A stretch of DNA of 64,000 nt from NCBI GenBank assembly GCA_024226255.1, contig JAAELU010000422.1, positions 2,353 through 66,352 of the forward strand. The letters are read 5' to 3'. Below the pieces are notes generated by a model. That model saw nothing but the letters and a program-made list of their open reading frames with translations, did no database searches and was not told where the DNA came from. Of the stretch, positions 1-9,064 are shown piece after piece (position 1 is the first letter of the stretch; each line of letters starts with the position of its first letter). The position numbers and the translations under genes were made by a program. Source of the DNA: a bacterium. Its GTDB lineage: Bacteria > Actinomycetota > Acidimicrobiia > Spongiisociales > UBA5794.

Positions 1-380
1 GCGAGCGAGCCGGTGAACACGATACCCAGGCCGATCGAGAGCTTCACATAATCGGGCCGTGGCATTGGACCAAGCAATGCCCCGCCAATGATCGCGAGAA
101 CAATGGGTACCAGAACGGCCCACGTTCCGAACAGGAAATGGAGGACTTTGGCGGCACCGTTGCCAACGGGTCCCGACAGCTCAAAGAATGACAGCAGGAT
201 CAGAGTGGCGGCAACGATCAGCACAAGCCCCCAGACATCATCCGTCTGGCGACCCATCCTGGCCCGCAGCCTCTCCCGCATCCCTCGCAGCGCGCTCAGG
301 ATTCCGGTGCCAGTGCCGCGTTTGGTTTTGCTGGCCCTACTCCGCCCCGTGGCCCCACGGGTCTTCTTCCGTGTTGGCAT
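1..380 (-). CDS. FtsK/SpoIIIE-family DNA translocase, N-terminal membrane domain (partial; runs off the window start)
   Basis: Minus-strand frame reads MPTRKKTRGATGRSRASKTKRGTGTGILSALRGMRERLRARMGRQTDDVWGLVLIVAATLILLSFFELSGPVGNGAAKVLHFLFGTWAVLVPIVLAIIGGALLG: a basic N-tail followed by FtsK-like TM helices with a GPVG motif. Not in the ORF track because there is no stop inside the window. ATG at 378-380. Confidence 0.5.
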   Translation of the reverse strand, partial: MPTRKKTRGATGRSRASKTKRGTGTGILSALRGMRERLRARMGRQTDDVWGLVLIVAATLILLSFFELSGPVGNGAAKVLHFLFGTWAVLVPIVLAIIGGALLGPMPRPDYVKLSIGLGIVFTGSL

Positions 381-548
381 GGGTTCGGAACGATACCGGA
401 AGAGGCGCTGTAGGCAAATGACCCTCCGCGCGCGTCTGCGCGCGGTCCGCGCGAACCCTTGTGTAGCAACGGTTTTCGCGGGCTAGATACGCATTTCGCG
501 AGCTGGATCATTGGTACCGACCTCTGAGATTCGACTTTCGCATCGGTT

Positions 549-1127
549 TCAGAGGGCTCGAAGGAAGGTCGCCACCTCGCTGCCGACGTGTTCGGCGCCG
601 GGTTCGGTGAGATGAATTCCGTCGGTTGATATGGCCTCGAAGCCGCAGTTGTCAACGGCGGAGTAGAGATCGTTGACTACGAGCTGATGCTCGGCGGCAA
701 CCGCAGTGAGCTGTTCGTTGTAGGCAATCACGTCGACGTTGAGGCGCCGTCCCCAACGCCCGACGTAGTGGTGTTCGTCGATCACGGGCGTTGTGGTTGC
801 CAGCACCACGTCAACCACCGATTCGCGAGCAAGCAGCCGCCCCACGATCGAAACCAGATTTGAGGCATATTCGTCGAGCTCAACCTGGACCGAGTAGTCG
901 GCGGCGGGCCAGCGCCGCAGATCGTGGGCCCCGGCATTGAGGTGGACGATCGCGGGGCTGCTCAGCCGAGATAGGACCAGCGTCTCGATGTTCTGGAGGA
1001 GGAACCGGGTCGACTCGCAGTTCTCCTGTGGTCCCCAAACGTGGCGGCCGGGCAGTTTCCTGATGACGTGCGGCTCGTAGCCCAGCCTGATGGAGTCGCC
1101 GACCAAGACGATGTCAGGCTGAATCAC
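549..1127 (-). CDS. SGNH/GDSL-family hydrolase
   Basis: N-terminal block LVGDSI (GDSL motif), ~190 aa, typical SGNH length; the DGIHLT block fits the SGNH catalytic His region. Confidence 0.8.
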   Translation of the reverse strand: MIQPDIVLVGDSIRLGYEPHVIRKLPGRHVWGPQENCESTRFLLQNIETLVLSRLSSPAIVHLNAGAHDLRRWPAADYSVQVELDEYASNLVSIVGRLLARESVVDVVLATTTPVIDEHHYVGRWGRRLNVDVIAYNEQLTAVAAEHQLVVNDLYSAVDNCGFEAISTDGIHLTEPGAEHVGSEVATFLRAL

Positions 1128-1136
1128 GCCGGCCGA

Positions 1137-1526
1137 TCATTCGTGGACCACAAGCAACAACTCGCCGCTGGGGTGGACGGTGCATTGACCGACGAACTCG
1201 CCGGCCGAGGCGAATCGTTGGGTGGCGGTTTCGCCCGGGCCGACGTAGAAGATCCCGACGAAGTGCCCATGGCTGTCGTGATTGACGATACGAATCGTCT
1301 CGCCGACAGCAACGTCGAGCCGCGCAGGCAGGATCTCGATTGCCTCGCCGGCGTTTGACCGATCCCAGGTCCCGTCAGGGATGAAGTACTCGTAGTCGGC
1401 GGCTCCGACCACCGAATCGGCGACGAACAGGGGATCGGAGCCATCGGATCCACACGATGCCAACACGGTCCCGATGAGGGCCAGCGCGGCCAATGCCGCA
1501 GCTAGAAACCGACTCCGGGACCGCAT
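1137..1526 (-). CDS. cupredoxin-like copper-binding lipoprotein
   Basis: Lipobox LASCGS after a signal peptide (MRSRSRFLAAALAALALIGTV); NHDSHGH ... GQCTVHPSGEL resembles a type-1 Cu site (His, Cys-x2-His) with Leu at the axial position. Start overlaps the PCuAC stop. Confidence 0.5.
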   Translation of the reverse strand: MRSRSRFLAAALAALALIGTVLASCGSDGSDPLFVADSVVGAADYEYFIPDGTWDRSNAGEAIEILPARLDVAVGETIRIVNHDSHGHFVGIFYVGPGETATQRFASAGEFVGQCTVHPSGELLLVVHE

Positions 1527-1530
1527 CTGT

Positions 1531-1974
1531 TCAATCCTCTCGAACCTCGGCCGACACTTCCACCGTACCGGCATTCTCGAAGGTGAGTGTCAGCTCGACG
1601 GTGCTGCCGCTCGTCAGCGGCTCAGCCAGTTTCATCAACATGACGTGGAACCCGCCGGGCTCGAGCATCGCCGCGCCGTCCGCTGGGATATCGATTGCGG
1701 TCACCGGCTGCATCGACATCATGCCGTCGCCACCCTCGGCCATCGCGGTCTCATGAAGTTCGGCAACCATGGCAACATCAGACGAAACCGACACATCGAT
1801 CAGTCGATCGGCTTCATCGCCCCCATTGATCGTCATATATACGGCACCGGCCTCCTGCATGCTGGCCGATGTGCGCGCCCAGGCATCCTCTACCACAAGG
1901 TCACCACTGCTGCCGCAGGCTCCGACCAGCAAGGTCAGCACAGCCAAGAGGCCAATCAGTTTCCTCATTGTCAT
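1531..1974 (-). CDS. copper chaperone PCu(A)C family lipoprotein
   Basis: Signal peptide plus lipobox (LLVGACGS); ~145 aa; Met/His-rich Cu(I) motifs (HETAMAEGGDGMMSMQ, GGFHVMLM) typical of the DUF461/PCuAC family. Confidence 0.75.
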   Translation of the reverse strand: MTMRKLIGLLAVLTLLVGACGSSGDLVVEDAWARTSASMQEAGAVYMTINGGDEADRLIDVSVSSDVAMVAELHETAMAEGGDGMMSMQPVTAIDIPADGAAMLEPGGFHVMLMKLAEPLTSGSTVELTLTFENAGTVEVSAEVRED

Positions 1975-2576
1975 ATCCCTTCTCTCAACAAGTAGGCCAG
2001 ATCATGTTCGAGATCATCCGGCGTTACTCCGAACGACCATTGGACCCGGATCAGACCGGATTCATCGACCCCGTAAAGATATGCGGTGTGACCCACCTCG
2101 ACGCCCTCATCGGTCTGGACAACTTCGTATGCCGCTCCAAAGGCATCGGCAGCCGCCTGCAACTCATCGGCATCGTCGCTGCGTAGCGCATGGCCACCGG
2201 GAAAGAAGCTTTGGATGTAGCTGGTCAGCCTCTCGCCGTCGTCGCGGTCCGGATCAACCGTGATGATCGCCACATCCACACGTGACGCATCATCTTCGAG
2301 GCGGCGGACTGCAGAGCGCAGGTCCGCCAACGTGGTCGGGCACACATCGGGACACGCCGTGTAGCCGAAGTAGACGACCAGTAGCTCATCAGGGGCTGCC
2401 TTCAACGTGAAGGGAGCGTCTGCGTTGGATGCGTCGGCCAGCGCGACCCCGCCGACGTCGGGAGCGGGATCACGAAGAATGCCGGTGAGGCTATCGAGGC
2501 TGCTGCCGCCACACGCACCTAGGGCCAACGCCACCGCAAACAGGCCGGCTACAAGCCGTAGGGCCAATCGTCTCAT
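1971..2576 (-). CDS. SCO1/SenC-family copper chaperone (thioredoxin fold)
   Basis: Lipoprotein signal (ALGACGG); canonical CPDVCP copper-binding motif and a downstream conserved His (VGHTAYLY). Confidence 0.85.
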   Translation of the reverse strand: MRRLALRLVAGLFAVALALGACGGSSLDSLTGILRDPAPDVGGVALADASNADAPFTLKAAPDELLVVYFGYTACPDVCPTTLADLRSAVRRLEDDASRVDVAIITVDPDRDDGERLTSYIQSFFPGGHALRSDDADELQAAADAFGAAYEVVQTDEGVEVGHTAYLYGVDESGLIRVQWSFGVTPDDLEHDLAYLLREGI

Positions 2577-3007
2577 TCCAACTCCTCGAAGAGCATCAGC
2601 AACGCGTCCACGTCCACTTCATCCAGTCTGTACGGCGGCATCGGCAACCCAAAACCCTGAACTATCTGTGCTTCGGGATCGGAGATCGCCAACCGGATGT
2701 AGTCGGCATCGGCCACAACTACGGATCCATCAGACAGAGTTGTCTGTGAGCCCAGGAGCGACTGGAGCGACGGACCGAGTCCATCAACTCCCTGGCCGTT
2801 GGCACCGTGGCATGAGCCGCAGCCCAGTGAGCGCATCGTCTCGAGGCCGGCATGACCTGCGGGAGACAGACTTGGGTCGGGCAACGGGGTCCCGGAGGCC
2901 CCGCAGGCGGCGAGAGCAGCGGCAGCCAGCAGGAGTGATGCCAATCCCAGGCCGGCGCGGACAACGCGACTCAGGACCTGGTTGGATCTCCCCATCACTT
3001 GTGTCAT
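2573..3007 (-). CDS. membrane-anchored class I cytochrome c
   Basis: Signal/lipobox (LAACGASG); CGSCH heme-binding CxxCH motif; ~140 aa; a distal Met ligand candidate (PMPPY). Confidence 0.8.
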   Translation of the reverse strand: MTQVMGRSNQVLSRVVRAGLGLASLLLAAAALAACGASGTPLPDPSLSPAGHAGLETMRSLGCGSCHGANGQGVDGLGPSLQSLLGSQTTLSDGSVVVADADYIRLAISDPEAQIVQGFGLPMPPYRLDEVDVDALLMLFEELE

Positions 3008-3112
3008 GCCTCCCAGCCGTGCTCGTCACAGCAACTCGAATCGCACCACGTTCGGCGGCGGCGGAGTAGGGCCGACGTAGTCAATTGGCGGAGTCTTTCG
3101 GCCCTAATCCGT

Positions 3113-3252
3113 CCCAAAGACCGAGGACGGCTCTGGATTCAGCCACTTGCCGAGACATCTCCCCTTCATAGGCGAATGATCGACCGCCTCCACTCACCAA
3201 CGCCCCCAGCGAAACGCGCCCCGGCGTGGCCATACGGGACTGACGTTGTTGT
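3113..3252 (+). repeat. copy 1 of a ~140-nt duplicated element (orphan copy in the 357-nt cyt c / hypothetical intergenic region)
   Basis: Aligns without indels to 6272-6411 (~70% identity). Shared blocks: CCCAAAGA, GCCGAGACATCT, GGCGAATGATC, ACCGC, AAC, GCGAAACGCG, GGCC, CGTTGT. Confidence 0.7.
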
Positions 3253-3364
3253 CATTCGAATAACCTACATAGATGATCACACGTACTGATCAGCACAATG
3301 CGAACGGCGGTCCGTGCGCACTCCGAGACTGCTCGGGACCGGCACCTATTGTGTGACTCGTGGA

Positions 3365-3826
3365 TCAAAGCCAATCGGTGACGACGACGCTGCGTTCGCC
3401 GTTGGTGAGGTCCGACCGGGCGACAAACCGTATGGGAAACACGTCGCCATGGCCTTTCCCAAGCGTGTTGAGCAAGCGCTGGCGATCCTCCTCCGGAACG
3501 CCGATTACACCACCCCAGAAGCCGAACGGGCGGTCGTCAACAAAGACGTGCGGCTGCATCGTCCCGAGATCGTTGGCCCTGACTGCCGGGGTAAGGAACG
3601 CTGGGCCGCGAGTTCCGTCGCTGAACGTCGCATCTGCAAGGACAAGGAACATGCCGTCCACAGGTTCCACCGGGAGAGCACGATCCCATGGCCGGAAGGT
3701 CTCTTCGTCCGTGCCCTCATACCAAGGCTCGTCGTAGTCCATGACATGACAGCTGACCCACACCCGATGGGTCTGTAGATCTGACAGGGACAGATCACCG
3801 AACCGCTTCAGCAATGGCGAGGACAT
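3365..3826 (-). CDS. hypothetical protein
   Basis: Minus frame (MSSPLLKRFGDLSLSDLQTHRVW...DYDEPWYEGTDEETF...) is more protein-like than the overlapping Arg-rich plus ORF 3314-3778. No recognised motif. Confidence 0.4.
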   Translation of the reverse strand: MSSPLLKRFGDLSLSDLQTHRVWVSCHVMDYDEPWYEGTDEETFRPWDRALPVEPVDGMFLVLADATFSDGTRGPAFLTPAVRANDLGTMQPHVFVDDRPFGFWGGVIGVPEEDRQRLLNTLGKGHGDVFPIRFVARSDLTNGERSVVVTDWL

Positions 3827-4143
3827 GCGTCCATTGTCGCACCAGGGCGGGTGACCGCACCGCACTGATCAACCGACCACTGCACGGGATCAGCACGTCC
3901 AGGATCGCCCCCGGGACTCGGTCGTTGCCACGCTGCGGGGCGAGCTCATCCCGGTCTTCTGTTCCACTACTACGCCGACCCCTTCCAAGACGACATCGTC
4001 GTGTGGATCCCCCATGACGAAAGCGCTCCCCGCAGCCAGGGTGCAACGGGGAGTGGCCAGCACGTCACTTCCTTTGGGGTCTGTGTCCTTGGCGTGCTTG
4101 GATTGCGGCAATGAACCGGCTCCCCCAAAGCGTGTCTTGAGCA

Positions 4144-5076
4144 ATGGCATCGGAAGCGCCCCTGCACGTCGTCACTGGTGCGTTTGGCTACACAGGCAAG
4201 TACATCGCCAAGAACCTGTTGGATCGGGGTCTGCGGGTTCGAACGCTGACCAACTCGCTGCACCGTGGGAACCCCTTCGGAGATGCCATCGAGGTCCATC
4301 CGCTCGACTTCGATAGTCCTGACCAGATCGTCGATTCGTTGCGAGGAGCGGTCGCGTTCCACAACACCTACTGGGTGCGCTACGACTACCGCGGCGGATC
4401 CCGCGACTTCGGCTACGACCTCGCGGTAGAGAACAACAAGAAGCTGTTCGACTGTGCCATCCGCTCAGATGTGGGGAGGTTTGTGCACGTCAGCGTTGCC
4501 AACGCCAGCCCCGATTCCGACTGGGGCTACTTCCAGGGCAAAGCCCAACTCGAGGTGGATTTGCGGGACTCAGGGCTCGACTATTCCATCGTGCGCCCAA
4601 CCGTCATCTTCGGTGGTCCCGAGAACGTCCTGATCAACAACATCGCTTGGCTGCTGCGGCGATTCCCCGTGTTCGGCTTGTTCGGTCGCGGCGACTACAG
4701 GCTGACTCCCGTTCATGTTGAGGATGTTGCCCAGATCTGCGTCGACGCAGCACTCGGCGAACCGAACACGATGCTCGATGCGATCGGACCAGAAACGTAC
4801 ACCTATCGGGAGATGATCCAGGAAATGACCAGGGCCATGGGACTCCGCAGACTGCTCGTGCCCATCCCAGACTCCGTGGCTCTCCTTGCCGGCCGAGTCC
4901 TAGGTGCGATCAAGAAGGACATCCTCATCACCGGCCACGAAATCTCCGGCCTGCGAGATGAAACCATGTACACCGGCACCGAACCCCTCGGCACCAGAAG
5001 CTTCAAAGGGTGGCTCCAGACCGAAGCAGCCACCCTCGGACGGCAATACTGCAACGACCTCACCCGGCGACGCTGA
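4144..5076 (+). CDS. NAD(P)-binding NmrA/SDR-type epimerase/dehydratase-family protein
   Basis: N-terminal Rossmann motif VTGAFGYTGKYIAKNLL; 310 aa. Confidence 0.8.
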   Translation: MASEAPLHVVTGAFGYTGKYIAKNLLDRGLRVRTLTNSLHRGNPFGDAIEVHPLDFDSPDQIVDSLRGAVAFHNTYWVRYDYRGGSRDFGYDLAVENNKKLFDCAIRSDVGRFVHVSVANASPDSDWGYFQGKAQLEVDLRDSGLDYSIVRPTVIFGGPENVLINNIAWLLRRFPVFGLFGRGDYRLTPVHVEDVAQICVDAALGEPNTMLDAIGPETYTYREMIQEMTRAMGLRRLLVPIPDSVALLAGRVLGAIKKDILITGHEISGLRDETMYTGTEPLGTRSFKGWLQTEAATLGRQYCNDLTRRR

Positions 5077-5180
5077 GAACCCACTTCCTTGCCATCAGGG
5101 TTCGTTCGGGGTACCGGAGTCAGCGAGACCCAGAGCGCAGAGTATCTGCAGGATCCATAGAAGAAGGTTCATGTCGCTCC

Positions 5181-6218
5181 TTATCGAGTAAGGAATTCGC
5201 GCATCACGCTGCTCACCAGTTCGGGCTCTTCAAGGTGCACGAAGTGGTTGGCATCAATGAAACGGACTTCGCCATCGGTGACGAAGTCGGGGGTGTTCTC
5301 GTATTCAGCGGCGTGCTGGCCAGGGTCTTTGGTTGCCTGGAGGAATAGGACTGGCATCGTCATGCTGGCGAACAGATAGTTGTGCCGATCAAAGAGCTCC
5401 ATAGGGAAGCTCGTGGTTTTGAAGCTCATCGGCATTGCGTCCGCGGTCCCCCGATACTTGAACTCATAGTCGAGACGATCCAGAGTTGCCTGGTCCAACT
5501 TCACGCTCACGTAGTCGCTTACCGTGTAGAGACCGACCGGGAACAAGACGCTTCGAGCCAGCACCGCGGCAGCCTTACTGGCGAAGAGGCGATGCGGTGG
5601 AACAGGTGCACCGTGGGGTTCATCGGCCGACTGTTGCATCCGGACGTATCGCACCACACGTTGCTGCATCCCGGGAAAACTGAGGAGGTGATCGGCAACC
5701 GGAGCTCCCCGGTCGTGGCCAACCAGCGCAAACTCATCGAGCCCGATCTTGTCGATGAGGCGTGCCACGTCGCCAGCAATTGCCGAGTAGCGCCAATCAC
5801 GATCAAGGTTCTTGTCACTCTGTCCGTATCCCGGCGTGTCGATAGCAACGACGTAGAACTCGTCGCTGAGGGCGGCCATCTGGTGGTGCCAGGCCCACCA
5901 AGTCTCGGGTAGTCCGTGTATGAAGAAGACGGCTGGATTGGCTGGATCCCCAGCTGTGACAAAGTGCCAAGAGACCTTGGCATCGCGCACTCCCGGGGCG
6001 TCGACGAACCAGTGGATCGCTTCAACACCGTCCCCGATTGTCTCGATCTCGCCGTGGTGGTGGGTCCGCGCCTTCGGGTAGGTGCCCTGCTGGTAACGCA
6101 TGTCTCCGGTCAACTTCGGCTGAGCCGCCGGATGCCCGTCATGGACGTTGCTAGGCCCAAACTTCTTGCCACGCACGTCTGATTCCGTGATCCCGAGCTG
6201 ACGCAATTCTGTTGCCAT
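5181..6218 (-). CDS. alpha/beta hydrolase, epoxide-hydrolase-like
   Basis: HGLPETWWAWHHQ (HGxP oxyanion region), nucleophile elbow LVGHDRGA, PGYGQSDK. Start is uncertain: the ORF opens at 6317, an in-frame ATG sits at 6218, and ATGs further downstream are possible. Confidence 0.75.
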   Translation of the reverse strand: MATELRQLGITESDVRGKKFGPSNVHDGHPAAQPKLTGDMRYQQGTYPKARTHHHGEIETIGDGVEAIHWFVDAPGVRDAKVSWHFVTAGDPANPAVFFIHGLPETWWAWHHQMAALSDEFYVVAIDTPGYGQSDKNLDRDWRYSAIAGDVARLIDKIGLDEFALVGHDRGAPVADHLLSFPGMQQRVVRYVRMQQSADEPHGAPVPPHRLFASKAAAVLARSVLFPVGLYTVSDYVSVKLDQATLDRLDYEFKYRGTADAMPMSFKTTSFPMELFDRHNYLFASMTMPVLFLQATKDPGQHAAEYENTPDFVTDGEVRFIDANHFVHLEEPELVSSVMREFLTR

Positions 6219-6271
6219 CTGCTTGAGCTGGTCGAGCTTTCTGACTACTCCGATTCCTGAAGTATGACATG

Positions 6272-6411
6272 CCCAAAGAGCTGAGGTCGGCGGAGATTTG
6301 GCGGCCGGCCGAGACATCTAGCCTTACTCGGCGAATGATCAACCGCTTCTGCATGCCAACTCCCCCCGCGAAACGCGGCCGGGTATGGCCGCGCCGGTTC
6401 GGCGTTGTGGG
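6272..6411 (+). repeat. copy 2 of the ~140-nt duplicated element, covering the 5' leader and first ~20 codons of the 6347-7417 membrane-protein gene (and the upstream region of the minus-strand hydrolase)
   Basis: See copy 1. Confidence 0.7.
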
Positions 6412-7417
6412 CGTTCTGAGCATTGTGCAGATCTTCGGCCTCACGTCGGCCGCGCTCGCCGATCCGGCGGTCCCGACTTCCTACGAGTCCCGGTTCACCT
6501 CGATCGAGCCCGCCGGAGACGAGATCTTCCTCGCGGTGGTCGGAGGCGATGCATTCGTCGAGATTCGAGTGCAACCCGGACATCGTGTCGAGATACCGGG
6601 CTACTCCGGCGAGCCGTACATCCAGATAGCGAGCGATGGACTGGTGTCGGTCAACGAAAGGTCTCCGACCAAATACGCCAACGATGACCGGTTCGCAACG
6701 AGCGAATTGCCCGATTTCGCCGACCCTGCCGCCGCCGCGCAGTGGACGGTTGTTGGTAGCGATGGCCGGTACTCGTGGCACGATCACCGGACCCACTGGA
6801 TGAGCTACAACCGCCCTCCCAGTGTGTCCGGGCGTGAGGTCCAACAGGTCTTTGCCTGGGAAATCCCACTGACCGTCGACGGGGTAGACCGCATCGCCTC
6901 CGGAACGCTCGAATGGCACCCCAACGACAACAGCGTGGTCCCCGTAGCGGTGGGAGCCGTTGGGCTTGCCGGCCTTGGCTTGTGGAAACGGGGCCGAGTG
7001 CGACTCTTGGCAGCGCTCGCCGGGGTGGCCGCCGGCGCCGCCCTATTGGCCGGCGCTGCTCAGTGGCTGGCGACTCCAACCATCGCCAGGACATTTCCGA
7101 CACTCCTGGTTCCCCCACTCTTCGCAGTCGTGGCGACAATTGCGGCTGCAGCGCTGGCGAAGACCCAGCGGCTCAAAGCGACCCAGGTCATCATCCTGGC
7201 CTGTGTCGCCCTGGCGGTCTACACGGTTGGGTCCAGAGATGTATTGAGCATGCCAATCCTGCCATCGGCACTTGCCGACCCCCTGGAGCGGTTCATTACG
7301 GCCGCTACCGGGTGGATTGCCCTGGGCGTGGGGGCATTGGCCGGGCTCGAAATGATGGCGGCCATCAGACAGGGGCCGGCGGAGCGCGGTGCTGCCTCAG
7401 TCACCGACCGCAGCTAG
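6347..7417 (+). CDS. secreted/membrane protein of unknown function (extracytoplasmic N-domain plus C-terminal TM helices)
   Basis: Candidate signal peptide MPTPPAKRGRVWPRRFGVVGVLSIVQIFGLTSAALA|DP; the C-terminal third is Ala/Leu/Gly-rich hydrophobic helices. Start could also be ATG 6329 or the ORF start 6269; the 5' end overlaps the duplicated 140-nt element. Confidence 0.6.
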   Translation, partial: FCMPTPPAKRGRVWPRRFGVVGVLSIVQIFGLTSAALADPAVPTSYESRFTSIEPAGDEIFLAVVGGDAFVEIRVQPGHRVEIPGYSGEPYIQIASDGLVSVNERSPTKYANDDRFATSELPDFADPAAAAQWTVVGSDGRYSWHDHRTHWMSYNRPPSVSGREVQQVFAWEIPLTVDGVDRIASGTLEWHPNDNSVVPVAVGAVGLAGLGLWKRGRVRLLAALAGVAAGAALLAGAAQWLATPTIARTFPTLLVPPLFAVVATIAAAALAKTQRLKATQVIILACVALAVYTVGSRDVLSMPILPSALADPLERFITAATGWIALGVGALAGLEMMAAIRQGPAERGAASVTDRS

Positions 7418-9042
7418 ACCTCGATTACTACCGGGTAGACAACGGGGCGGCGTCGCAATTCCTTCTTGATCTTGCGGCCGGTGGCGCCGCGGACCGTGCG
7501 GCGCACCGTGTCTAGGTCCGTCGGCAGCTCTAGACCGCCGATCGCCTGATCGACCTGCTCGGCCACCAGCTTGTGAATCTCCTCGCTGTCGCCGGTGACT
7601 CCATGGCTGTCCACATCCGGTCCAATGATGATCTTGCCGGAATGCATATCCATCCCGACAGTGACGACCATTACCCCGTCGTCGGCAAGGTGGCGCCGGT
7701 CGCGCAGAACGGTCTCGACATCACCAATACCGGAACCATCGAGGTACACCAGGCCGGCCGGCATGACACCGCGCTCCACCCGGAGCTCACCCTTTTCGAG
7801 AACCACTCGATCACCATCTTCACAGATGTGCACGTCCTCGATGCCCACCTGACGAGCGACATCGGCATTGGCGACTAGGTGGCGATACTCGCCATGAACG
7901 GGAACCATCGATTGGGGCGCGATGACGTTGTAGAAGGTCTTCAGCTCCTCTTGAGCGGCGTGGCCTGAGACGTGCACCGGTGAATTGCGCCCATGGAAGA
8001 CGGTGACGCCTTGACGAAGGAGGTTGTTGATCACCCGGGACACTTTGGTTTCGTTACCGGGGATCGGAGTGGCAGACAAGATCACCGTGTCCCCAGCCTC
8101 GAGGTGGATCGACCGGTGGGTTCCACTTGCCATCAGCGACAGCGCGGCGAACGGCTCGCCCTGGCTCCCAGTGCAGATAACCGCGGTGCGATCCGAGTCC
8201 ATCTCGAGAAGCTCGTCGACTGTCTTGACCCGCGACTCGTCGATATCGAGCAGACCGAGGCCCTTGGTCACGTCGACGTTGCGGATCATCGAGCGGCCCA
8301 GCAGGGCGAAGTCGCGGTTGTCGGCCATCACGGCCCCGATGGCCTGCTGCACCCGGTGGACGTGACTGGCAAAGCAGGCAATGATCACCCGTCCGGTGGC
8401 GCCGGCAACCAGCTCTATCAACTTGGGACCGACGGTCGCCTCGGAGGGCACAAATCCTGGGCGCTCGGCGTTGGTGCTGTCGGCGAGCAACAAGCGGACA
8501 CCTTGGCGACCGAAACCGGCGAAGGTGGTCAAATCAGTCGGGGTGCCGTCGACCGGCGTCGGATCCAACTTGAAGTCGCCGGAATGAACAATGAGCCCTT
8601 CCGGCGTGTCAAAGACGACGCCCGTTGCCTGGGGCACCGAGTGGGACACCCCGACGTGGGCGAACTTGAACGGACCCGTCTCGACCCATTCCTTCTTCTC
8701 AACCGCATGGAGCAGCGGAGTCACGCCCAGCTCTTCGAGCCGACTGCGAGCAAACTCGACACTGAGCGCGGTTCCGTAGACCGGAACATTCACCTCTCGC
8801 AACAGGTAACCAAGCGAACCGATGTGGTCCTCGTGCCCATGAGTCAAGACAACACACTCGAGGTCGTCCGGTCGTTCGAGGATCGACGAGAAATCCGGCA
8901 ACACGAGGTCGACGCCGAGCATGTCCTCATCCGGGAACATCAGGCCGCAGTCAATCAACGCCAGGCGACCGTCGATTTCGAGAACCGCGCAGTTGCGCCC
9001 GATCTCGCCCAGCCCACCAAGAAATCCAACAGAGACCGTCAT
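7414..9042 (-). CDS. rnj: ribonuclease J (metallo-beta-lactamase / beta-CASP RNase)
   Basis: MTVSVGFLGGLGEIGRNC ... VVLTHGHEDHIG (HxHxDH motif); ~540 aa. The 56 upstream codons of the listed ORF are rejected because ATG 9040-9042 follows the dapA stop. Confidence 0.9.
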   Translation of the reverse strand: MTVSVGFLGGLGEIGRNCAVLEIDGRLALIDCGLMFPDEDMLGVDLVLPDFSSILERPDDLECVVLTHGHEDHIGSLGYLLREVNVPVYGTALSVEFARSRLEELGVTPLLHAVEKKEWVETGPFKFAHVGVSHSVPQATGVVFDTPEGLIVHSGDFKLDPTPVDGTPTDLTTFAGFGRQGVRLLLADSTNAERPGFVPSEATVGPKLIELVAGATGRVIIACFASHVHRVQQAIGAVMADNRDFALLGRSMIRNVDVTKGLGLLDIDESRVKTVDELLEMDSDRTAVICTGSQGEPFAALSLMASGTHRSIHLEAGDTVILSATPIPGNETKVSRVINNLLRQGVTVFHGRNSPVHVSGHAAQEELKTFYNVIAPQSMVPVHGEYRHLVANADVARQVGIEDVHICEDGDRVVLEKGELRVERGVMPAGLVYLDGSGIGDVETVLRDRRHLADDGVMVVTVGMDMHSGKIIIGPDVDSHGVTGDSEEIHKLVAEQVDQAIGGLELPTDLDTVRRTVRGATGRKIKKELRRRPVVYPVVIEV

Positions 9043-9064
9043 GAAGTAACCGCCGTTTCGGGGT

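Noticed and set aside
88-655. Several listed ORFs at the window start (88-486 +, 188-421 +, 296-655 -)
   Set aside because: Arg/Pro-rich low-complexity translations that overlap a coherent minus-strand FtsK-like membrane-domain frame (1-380) and the downstream region.
3314-3778. 154-aa plus-strand ORF
   Set aside because: Overlaps the more protein-like minus ORF 3365-3826; Arg-rich; no motif. Only one of the two can be real.
4225-4240. GTTCGAAC strings (4231, 23641) as extra LexA sites
   Set aside because: Only half-site-like and in reversed arrangement; they sit inside coding sequence. Only 54938-54953 matches TCGAAC-N4-GTTCGA fully.
6329-6350. Possible twin-arginine (Tat) signal TRRMINRF in the membrane protein N-terminus
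   Set aside because: The RR is ~25 residues before the hydrophobic core and the flanking residues do not fit S/T-RRxFLK; a Sec-type signal from ATG 6347 is more plausible.
6245-6919. 224-aa minus ORF
   Set aside because: Antisense to the signal-peptide/extracytoplasmic domain of the 6347-7417 gene; Arg/Gly-rich GC-frame artefact.
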